Assembly (NCBI GenBank): GCA_040954595.2
Contig: CM082596.2
Coordinates: 1,889,854 to 1,953,853 of the forward strand
Source of the DNA: Balanoglossus misakiensis
Lineage: Eukaryota > Animalia > Hemichordata
Direction: 5' to 3'
DNA length: 64,000 nucleotides
The notes under the pieces were generated by a model. The model was not told the DNA's origin and made no database searches. It saw only the letters and a list, made by a program, of their open reading frames with translations. Below, piece after piece: positions 27,101-36,530 of this stretch (its first letter is position 1; each line of letters starts with the position of its first letter). A program made the position numbers and the translations under genes.

Positions 27101-30100
27101 GTTTTTTTCAAAAAATGACCAAATTTCGAAAATTCCCAAAGTCGAAAAATCCTCGATTTTCGACGATTTTCCTGAGCTATAACCCATGGTTTTTTCAAAA
27201 AATGACCAAATTTCGAAAATTCGTAAAGTCGAAAAATCCTCGATTTTTGACGATTTTCCTGAGCTATAACCCATGGTTTTTTCAAAAAATGACCAAATTT
27301 CGAAAATTCCCAAAGTCGAAAAATCCTCGATTTTTGACGATTTTCCTGAGCTATAACCCATGGTTTTTTTCAAAAAATGACCAAATTTCGAAAATTCCCA
27401 AAGTCGAAAAATCCTCGATTTTTGACGATTTTCCTGAGCTATAACCCATGGTTTTTTCAAAAAATGACCAAATTTCGAAAATTCCCAAAGTCGAAAAATC
27501 CTCGATTTTTGACGATTTTCCTGAGCTATAACCCATGGTTTTTTCAAAAAATGACCAAATTTCGAAAATTCCCAAAGTCGAAAAATCCTCGATTTTTGAC
27601 GATTTTCCTGAGCTATAACCCATGGTTTTTTTCAAAAAATGACCAAATTTCGAAAATTCCCAAAGTCGAAAAATCCTCGATTTTTGACGATTTTCCTGAG
27701 CTATAACCCATGGTTTTTTCAAAAAATGACCAAATTTCGAAAATTCCCAAAGTCGAAAAATCCTCGATTTTTGACGATTTTCCTGAGCTATAACCCATGG
27801 TTTTTTCAAAAAATGACCAAATTTCGAAAATTCCCAAAGTCGAAAAATCCTCGATTTTCGACGATTTTCCTGAGCTATAACCCATGGTTTTTTCAAAAAA
27901 TGACCAAATTTCGAAAATTCCCAAAGTCGAAAAATCCTCGATTTTCGACGATTTTCCTGAGCTATAACCCATGGTTTTTTCAAAAAATGACCAAATTTCG
28001 AAAATTCGCAAAGTCAAAAAATCCTCGATTTTTGACGATTTTCCTGAGCTATAACCCATGGTTTTTTCAAAAAATGACCAAATTTCGAAAATTCGCAAAG
28101 TCGAAAAATCCTCGATTTTTGACGATTTTCCTGAGCTATAACCCATGGTTTTTTCAAAAAATGACCAAATTTCGAAAATTCGTAAAGTCGAAAAATCCTC
28201 GATTTTTGACGATTTTCCTGAGCTATAACCCATGGCTTTTTCAAAAAATGACCAATTTTCGAAAATTCGCAAAGTCGAAAAATCCTCGATTTTTGAAGAT
28301 TTTCCTGAGCTATAACCCATGAAAATTTTTCATGAGCTCTAACATATGAAAAATATCCAAAAATGACAAAATCACTTAAGTTCGTTGAGAACTGCTAACT
28401 TGGAACTTGTATATAAACATTACACCCTATGTGAAACAACAACAACAAAAAGATCAAAACTCAATGAGAAAGACAGTGGCGGGTTTAGAACCCCAGTCTT
28501 CCAATCATTAGTCCAAACCCTTATCCACTGACCCACAGTGATTTGACGAAGTGTAACAACCCAAAAGTATTATATGATGATCAAACTCATAAAATTTTTA
28601 AAAAAATAAGTATGGCTCGGTCTCATTATAGTCAGTATTATTAAAACTAACTATAATGAGACCGAGCCAAATTTCGATCCATAGTTTCCACCGCATTTTT
28701 TTTTAATGAAGAAATTTTGGAAATTCGCAAAGTCGATAAATGGTCGTTTTTTGAAGATTTTCATGAGCTATAACCCATGATTTTTTCAAAAAATGAAGAA
28801 ATTTTGAAAATTAGCAAAGTCGATAAATGGTCGTTTTTTGAAGATTTACATGAGCTCTATAACCCATGATTTTTTTCATAAAAGGAAGAAATTTTGAAAA
28901 TTCGCAAAGTCGAAAAATGGTCGTTTTTTGAAGATTTTCGTGAGCTTTAACCCATGATTTTTTCAAAAAATGACCAAATTTCCAAAATTCGCAAAGTCAA
29001 AAAATCCTCGATTTTTGAAGATTTTCATGAGCTATAACCCATGATTTTTTTTCAAAAATGAAGAAATTTTGAAAATTTGCGAAGTCGAAAAATCATCGTT
29101 TTTGAAGATTTTCATGAGCTATAACCCATGAAAATTTTTCATGAGCTGTAACATATGAAAAATATCCAAAAATGACAAAATCACTTAAGTTTGTTGAGAA
29201 CTGCTAACTTGGAACTTGCATATAAACATTACACCCTATGTGAAACAACAACAACAAAAAGATCAAAACACAATGAGAAAGACAGTGGCGGGTTTAGAAC
29301 CCCAGTCCTCCAATCATTAGTCCAAACCCTTATCCACTGACCCACAGTGATTGACAAAGTGTAAGAACCCAAAAGTATTATATGATGATCAAACTCATAA
29401 AATTTAAAAAAAAAATAAGTATGGCTCGGTCTCATTATAGTCAGTACTGTTAAAACTAACTATAATGAGACCGAGCCAAATTTCGATCCATAGTTTCCAC
29501 CGCATTTGTTTTAAATGAAGAAATATTGAAAATTCGCAAAGTCGATAAATGGTCGTTTTTTGAAGATTTTCATGAGCTATAACCCATGATTTTTTCAAAA
29601 AATGACCAAATTTCGAAAATTCGCAAAGTCGAAAAATGATCGTTTTTTGAAGATTTTCATGAGTGTCAAATGCACCTCTCCAATTAAAAAAAAAAAAAAA
29701 AACACTTGGAATTTAATCTTGCATTCTCATGAAAATTCTAACTTCTGTAAAACTAAATCGGTGGAAGGGATGATGATTTTGACGCAGTCATTGTTGCAAA
29801 TGTCGATGAGTCTGTCACAAACATTATTAACCTACCACAACCATTTTCATCTGCACCATCATAACAGTCATCTTTTCCATCGCATTGTTTGCTCTCGTCA
29901 AGGCACAGACCGAACGGACTTCCGTACACACACTTAAACTGGTTACTAGCGCACTCACCTTAAAACGATAAAATATATTTTTATTGAAATCGGTTTTACA
30001 TAAAATGTCAAACAACGCTTGTCATTTAGTTCAGGGTTTAAAAAATGTCATCAACAGTGTTTGGCGGTAACCTTCCAAGATGAATATAGAAGAAAGCTTA

Positions 30101-33085
30101 GCTATATGCAGATATCAGAAATACCAACTTGTAAAGCTGCTCAATATCTGTGAAAGTATACTGTACACAGTATTTCATGCATAAAAGCGCCAAGTTTGTA
30201 AAATGCAAAATGACCAGTTTGCATTCTATAATGCAATATGTTAAGCATACCATAAATGCAGTCCTCTTCATCACTTCCATCTACACACTGAGCAGCGCCA
30301 TCACATACCAGATACGATTTTAAACACGTGATCCCGTCACTGCAGATGAAATCACCTTCCATACACGGTGCTGCGACAAATAAACAGAATGATTACACAT
30401 AACACAAGTAGGTATTTCACAGACTGCTTTTGGTTAGCTTTTGTGATTGAAAAAAAATATGTTCGTGTTTTTGATGACGCTATAAAAAGCCCATGATAGA
30501 TAGTGGAATCTGTAATGCTGGTACAAGAATACAATTTGTGAAATTAGGTTAAACACATTAAATCGGTGGCAAGGTTTCAGTTACAGTTAAATCAGTTAAG
30601 TAGGGATATTTTCGAAATTGAAAATGAAGGCAAAATTTTAATGTGCACCAATTTACATCAATACATGTATATAGTTGCTTGTTTTTGATACTGACATATC
30701 ATTGTAATTTAATCTTTTTATTACGATGCAGGACAGGGTCGTATAATTGGGGATAAATACACCTGTTAAAGTTCGGGTGATGAAAGCAATCGTGATCATT
30801 CGTCCCTGCAATTATTGCCAATGACTAATGTTTCCTTTCATAACTGCCATCTTTAATCTACCCGTGTCAATTATTTATGACGTTCGTGAAATTGGAAAAT
30901 ACAGTGAGATTCAGAATTGACGTGGCTGATTAGCACTTGGCAATAGATTTATCACCTTTATTTCTTTGGGGAAGGATGACAACATCAAAGGATGGTTTTC
31001 GGGACGTCAGGGGTGTTAAATCATATCGTCCGGATGGGATGAAATAAAGACAAGACCATAAGTGAATCCAATTGTTAAACAACTATAGACAAGCATTTGT
31101 AATATCAGTACATGTCTTTGTTTGAAGTACCAATGATGTTTGAGAAGCCGGAGAAATAAACACGTTTCTCAATGCATAAGAAACTAACATCGATGTGTTT
31201 TACTATACATTTTAGGGTAAGATTTGTGTTGGTTATAACTTAAAATATCACAGGAGTGGTGGGGGGGATTGACTGTTGGTTTAGGACATGACCATACAGA
31301 GTAAGACATGTATTACCGAGCTGAATGTTGAGTACTATCTACACGAATTTGTAAATTAACTCTGACGAAAACATGACATGTCATAAAAATAATGATTACA
31401 CCTCAATCCTCGATATTCCAATCAATCAAAGCCGACTTATGGCTCATGATTGTGACGGGATTATACCGGTATGGTTATCTCGGAGCAGGCATTTTTTGAC
31501 CATCTTGATTCTGGAATTGGCAGCTCGGAGGTGGATTAGTGACAGACATTAACTACTTTGTATGGCCGTGACGAGTATTGGACGACAACTATTGTTGTTG
31601 GAAACACGGAGTAGATACAATTCAGAGATAGGTGGGCAGTTTTGACACATCTTGGTGAATGGCAAATCCTAGGTTACAACGACCTGGTTATGTTTATAAG
31701 TTCAAACGACCCGCTTGTGATATTAGATTGTAAATTTATGAGTCAGTTATATGCCATGTATATTAATCTAATTTTGCCAATCTAAATTCACTCAATTTGC
31801 TAACATTTAGTCAGATATCGACATCTGTTTGAGAAAAGAAACCACCCCTGGGTGTCCTTTGTCAAGACAAGTAAATACGTCATGGGAATGGGACGATATG
31901 GAGAATTTATGAACACAAATAATATCACTGTCACTGTATTACACTAAGCTAAGCTGTAAATAGGATAGTTCATTATACAAACTCTACAGTTTCCATAAAT
32001 TCTGACATGTCTGTCATTTGGAAAATATGGAGCGTGTTTGCCATTGCGAAGATTTGTCAATCAAATCATTTATCACTTGCCAAATAGTTATTAAATATGA
32101 AAGTCTATTAACTTCAGTACATATTAGTAAGTCAATTAAAACCATTTCATATTTTCACCATGTCGTATATAACTGCAGGTTTTACAAGTCATCGCGGTGC
32201 CCATTCAAAATCAGTTGACAGGACATAGGCAGATTTATAAAATGCATAACCGATAAATTCTGGTTTCAGCGACAGATTGTTGCCAGTAGAGTATACTCAC
32301 CATAATACGGTAGAATTTCTCCGCCTTCCACAGCCTTGGTGAGTTCTTTGTGTTCGCTATCTTGTACAGCTGACTTTCTGAGCATATTCGTGTTGCACAC
32401 TGTAACGGCGGGAAACTTCAGCGAGTTTTCTGAAACAACCTTGATGTGGACGGTTACCGGGCGCTCACGGTACAATTGAACCAAAATGATGAACTGTCGT
32501 ATGAACGCACCGGCAGCCACCAGAAAAAGGAGGGACCATATTATACGTCCAAATGTCGATTTTGCGCCGGCAATTCGTGGGATGCCGTGCGCTGTAGTCT
32601 CCAATCCAAATTTTGTGATGATAGCGCAGTACGATCTGCTTCTTCGATTTCGTTTATCTGTGACTTCATCTTCGCGAGTTGCTCCATCCCCAATTTTAGG
32701 GCCATTTCTGTACATCCAATACTTCTCGTCATGAGACAGATCTATAGTATTTTCTGTCCTGTAAACGTATTACATGTACATTGTGTATTTACAAAAATGT
32801 TGTTTAACTAAAAAAATATAAAAGCATGTTCAGAAAATACTCAAGGAGCTTGGTGTACCATGCCTCAGCATACACATATACGCAGAAACAAAATGTATCC
32901 AGATCTGATGTTCTGATTTCTCAGATCTCTGGGATATCGACTGTATTGTCGCCATGGCCATTACAGTAAAGTTCACAGTAGAATTGATTATCTAAGTGAA
33001 ACAAATTGATGACTTACTTGTCAACATCTTTGGTTATTTCTAGCGTGCTCATCTTAATCCAAGGATCTATGTTGTTCCCATTCAT
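2750..33085 (-). CDS. DEG/ENaC (amiloride-sensitive sodium channel family) subunit with a giant extracellular LDLa/PAN/kringle insert, ~1734 aa, 34 coding exons
   Basis: Exons (minus): 33085-33018, 32758-32301, 30370-30251, 29958-29836, 15586-15461, 15201-15088, 14826-14710, 14138-14019, 13855-13778, 13351-13091, 12834-12586, 12237-11989, 11715-11473, 11380-11264, 10981-10853, 10694-10584, 10458-10339, 10046-9780, 9418-9293, 9142-8864, 7899-7765, 7523-7404, 7090-6956, 6670-6542, 6176-5864, 5751-5645, 5290-5127, 4882-4781, 4456-4351, 4141-4069, 3818-3761, 3597-3527, 3158-3083, 2890-2750. All are GT-AG and give one open frame of 5205 nt. Family motifs: TTAHG, TM1, [37 protein letters not shown], a Cys-rich thumb and [24 protein letters not shown]. 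Confidence 0.85.
6542..11380 (-). CDS. Channel insert, 3' block: LDLa x4, kringle, LDLa, kringle, LDLa x2, kringle (split over two exons)
   Basis: LDLa DCxDxSDE-type motifs in exons starting at 11264, 10853, 10584, 10339, 9293, 7765 and 7404. Kringle motifs YRG..SG..CQxW..NYCRNP..WCYT at 9780-10046 and 8864-9142, and a more divergent one at 6956-7090 plus 6542-6670. All exons are phase 1-1. Confidence 0.9.
11473..13351 (-). CDS. Channel insert, middle block: four tandem PAN/Apple domain exons
   Basis: Exons 13091-13351, 12586-12834, 11989-12237 and 11473-11715 (81-87 codons each) share a CxxxC..F.C.(S/A)V(D/N)..C..Y pattern typical of 4-Cys PAN domains. All are phase 1-1. Confidence 0.88.
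13462..13554. mobile_element. ~90-bp MITE, piggyBac-type (TTAA target site, CCCTT-like termini)
   Basis: ttaa-tcctttcacc ... tgtgaaaggg-ttaa, with terminal inverted repeats and TTAA on both sides. Confidence 0.7.
13778..15586 (-). CDS. Channel insert: five LDLa-type exons (two canonical, one 4-Cys, two degenerate or truncated)
   Basis: 15461-15586 [41 protein letters not shown]. 15088-15201 [30 protein letters not shown]. 14710-14826 [35 protein letters not shown]. 14019-14138 and 13778-13855 lack the acidic SDE motif. Confidence 0.85.
16119..16460. repeat. Left inverted-repeat module (~340 bp) with a 55-bp hairpin at 16129-16183
   Basis: Reverse complement of 28324-28678. Hairpin ggctcggtctcattatagt-N17-actataatgagaccgagcc. 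Confidence 0.9.
16490..28322. repeat. Tandem satellite, 87-bp unit (88-bp variant block at ~17336-20500), ~135 copies
   Basis: Unit ccatggttttttcaaaaaatgaccaaatttcgaaaatccccaaagtcgaaaaatcctcgatttttgacgattttcctgagctataac. Line starts recur at 20701/22441 (20x87) and at 17641/18961 (15x88). Confidence 0.98.
28324..28678. repeat. Right inverted-repeat module with a hairpin at 28614-28668
   Basis: Inverted relative to 16119-16460 and direct relative to 29133-29487. Confidence 0.9.
29133..29487. repeat. Second direct copy of the right module, with a hairpin at 29423-29477
   Basis: Near-identical to 28324-28678 and separated from it by about 5 diverged satellite units. Confidence 0.9.
29836..30370 (-). 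CDS. Channel insert: first two LDLa exons
   Basis: 30251-30370 [37 protein letters not shown]. 29836-29958 [40 protein letters not shown]. Both are phase 1-1. Confidence 0.88.
32301..33085 (-). CDS. N-terminal part of the DEG/ENaC channel (cytoplasmic N-terminus, HG motif, TM1, first palm strands)
   Basis: Exon 32301-32758 encodes [38 protein letters not shown] and [17 protein letters not shown]. The upstream exon 33018-33085 joins in frame (phase 2). The start codon is tentative. Confidence 0.9.
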
Positions 33086-36000
33086 GATAAAAAGTGAACA
33101 TGGAAAATCTTTGAAGATCCTAGAAAATGAAAATGTAATTGCATATGTAAATTGATTTTCGAGCATTCTGTCGTCATGGCGCTCAGTTGTCGTTTCATTA
33201 AAGTTGGAAAAGTCATTAGACATTTGCATTAAAAAGCCTGGCTTGGCCTATGACAATCTCTTGGCCAGACATTTCTTCAGTGGGCAGACAGTGTACGGTA
33301 TGCCGTCGTGTGGTACATAATTTTCGTGTTCACCACAGCCGCTTGATTTCTGTTAAATGTGCTTCAGTTACAGTCCGGGTCCACGTCTGGCCAACAAATT
33401 TCCCACAAGGACAGACTGACCATTCAGAACACCTTGCAGCTAGTTAGTGCTGCCGTGGATGTACTATTATCTAACTGTACACCTATTGTAATGCATACTA
33501 ATCCTTCCTTGAAGTCTAAAGTCATAAATTATAAGCAATGGCAGACCTAGGGAACATTGTGGCGTTCTAACTTACATACGCGTGACATGCAAATGACACA
33601 CCGTTTTTTTTCTCTGGTGTGGGACTAACTTTACACCTTACACATAGCGATACAAGTGCAAGATCCGGCCCTGGATTTTTACCAATCCAATCTAGGGAAC
33701 AAGTACATCACTTTGAAGCCACAGATTTAAATCCCCGACGGACAGTCTGATAAACTTTAATCCCCAACACCAAGATGGACACAAAGTGACCACCTACCGT
33801 TATCGGTCCTTCTCTTCACTAGTATATCTCAACGAGAAAGTCTCTTAAAATCCTTAGATATAACAATTTCTTGAAAGTCAACACTTTCAAAAGACGCGCG
33901 CACCAGTAGTACAAACTTCTATTTCTTAAGTAAACAACCACAGTCACTCCACACAGACAGATAAACGCAGTGGAACAGACAATCCTGGGAATCTACAACA
34001 TTTGCATAGTCTCAAGGTGATGTAACACACACTTCTAAACAAAAATGCATTGTTAACGTTCAGGAAATTAACCCTATTGAGAAATTAACCTAAAAACCTA
34101 GGGCATACAAAGTCAAATGTACAAGCGAAAGCTTTTCAGCTGCAGGATAGAATATTACTCCTCTCAAGAAAGTCTTTTTCGCTGTACTCATCATTTTGAA
34201 ATATTCAGTGAGTCTGATCCCTCGGAAAATTAAGTAAATAAGTAAATGTGCATAATGTGTTGGTTTTCATTATTTGATTCATTTACATAACATGTCCTTT
34301 ATATCATGATATTTAAATGATCTCTTGTTTAATTAGTCGAACATGAAGACACTTATTTTTCACGTTGCGCAATACGGGATGCTGGTTCTTTGTGAAAACT
34401 GTGCAGGACTCTTGAACACTTAGTGGATGCTTTATACCAAATGAGAATAATCTGTGCATGTAAGAAAGGCCATTTAACTAGAACCTTCCTGAATACAGTC
34501 AGGGTTCGTCTCCATCCAGAGCTCGCAAACACAGCCAACATCAAAATATGAAAGTTTTGTCTATGGCAAGACACGATCCGATACTGTCTTAGTCGTGCCT
34601 CTAACGCGACTGACAGTTTCGTCCAACATCAGACCATCTCGCTGTTTGTGCGCGTATCGTGAGCTGAATGTCGACCGGTCTAACATTTGAGAAGACTGTC
34701 ACACATTCCCCCAAATTCAGCGATGGAAATGATAAAACGAAATCACAATAATCTTTCCGATAGTGCCAGCACATATTAACTAATGTGGATATCTTACATC
34801 GAATGACAACTAAACGTCGTAAATTATTTAATTTCCCCCACGGTGTGGGAGCACCACAGAATGTCTTACGAGACGCACGACACTTTTGTCACAGCTACAA
34901 TCGTATCCTAGCATATTCGCTTTAAATAGACGACCTTCCTGTTATTAATGTTAATTTGTTTTTCAGTTCGTGTTTATCTAATCAGATCATTCAACTTACG
35001 AAAATTCGCTGTGAGTTTTAATTACTTGCATTGAGAAGTTGATCATATCATTTCGGTAATCTGTCTGAGTAAATGAAAGAGACAGAAAATATACTGGTAC
35101 TATTGTGACGATTCTGGCTGCTCGACACAAAAAGATGAATTCTTCACAAAAGAGAATTCTTAAACTCTCTGCATGACAGGGTTGTCGTTTAATTGCAATC
35201 CAGAATGCCACAGCTCAATAGGGGACAGGTACAACTTTGTGATGGTACGTTTCAGCATTTTGTTTTTTAACATCGTCAGATTTTCCTAGGTATATAGCGG
35301 CACAATCGTTGTTTGGGTACATCGATAGGCAACTTCCTAACTATATACAAATCTGACGCTTGGTAAATTTATCCAATTCACCGCATCAAATTATTTTAGT
35401 CACTCAAGAACATTTTGCGACAACCTTGCATTCACATATTTAATCACCGCACTCACTTTTTTTCGTTACATATAGACTGAGACAAATATACCTTACAAGG
35501 TACACTAACTCCCAGATATAGACTACTATATCACAAACTTTTTTTTTTCAAAAGCGTGCAAAATTACGTCCAAAAGTACACTTCTACTAAGCGAGCACAT
35601 GTCTAAATATTTACTATTATAAACAGCTGCTATTATGTGCACTTACCTGAAATTCACAATGTATTACACCCTGGTATTACACACAGCTGTAGCGTCACGT
35701 TGCGTTGCAGTACGCAACCACACCCGTACTGTATCTTGTGCCACCTAGGTTATTGATAAAAGCACTTTTATTACAATATTATAGTACAGTGTGGAGAATA
35801 GCGTCAAGTGGGTCTGACAGATGATTGGATAAACATTATTAACAATTTAGGGAAGTGTCGACAACTTGAACAGTACATGGCAATACAACTGGGTCTTGCC
35901 ATTGTCTGACTAAAAATACATCCCTGTGCGGGTCGTTCTGGCAGTTTGACTCATTTTTACCCCCATAGTTTCGTCTTTTTGTAAAGAATAATTATTTTTT

Positions 36001-36530
36001 CCTGGTCGAACCGAAGGATTGATTACGGTAGAATAAATTTGCATATATAGTTAACTTGACTGCAATGAGCATCATCTACATGGAAAATCAACAAATTAAA
36101 CAGTAAGATTGCTCAAAACCAATTTGTTACGTCACCAGTAAAACTGATAGTTGCTGATATAGTTCAGTACATTAATTATGGATGAACTTGGTAGATGTAA
36201 AATAATAACATCAGTTGTGTATCTGGTGGGAACTGAAAACAATCCTGGAGGGATTATCAAATACAATGAAAACTGGAAGAATGTGGAATTTTTACTACTG
36301 TCTTATACATTTTTGTTTATTTATTGGTGTTGACACACTTCGGAGTTATGGATATAAATATTACTACAATGCAGATAAATGAGGCTCTCGTATCTTTTTG
36401 CTGGTTGCTATGGGCCTTTATAGGGCAGTGCACTCAATTTTGAATAAAACTGCTATGAACGTCTGACCAGAAACCTGTTGCTGCTTTAAGAAGTTAGAAT
36501 CAAATGCACCTAAGGTTGGCTATACCTCTG

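Larger units (their letters stand above)
15697..29663. mobile_element. Foldback-like composite: satellite array enclosed by long modular inverted arms, inside a channel intron
   Basis: 15697-16460 is an imperfect inverted copy of ~28324-29100 (a ~340-bp unique module plus diverged satellite units). A third module copy lies at 29133-29487. No transposase ORF is visible. Confidence 0.55.

Noticed and set aside
16340-28322. Very long repetitive ORFs (up to 1585 aa) on both strands
   Set aside because: The 87-bp unit is exactly 29 codons and stop-free in several frames. The ORFs vanish in the 88-bp block and shift frame at single-base indels, so they are satellite artefacts.
16490-28322. CRISPR-like array
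   Set aside because: Head-to-tail repeats with no unique spacers, no cas genes and a eukaryotic context.
6542-30370. Separate LRP-, plasminogen- or apolipoprotein(a)-like gene nested in a channel intron
   Set aside because: No own start, signal peptide, protease domain, TM segment or stop was found. It is on the same strand and phase-compatible with both channel halves. Disfavoured, though only cDNA can exclude it.
35642-35700. Candidate non-coding first exon of the channel gene (strong cag|gtaagt donor)
   Set aside because: A lone donor motif is not enough without transcript data.
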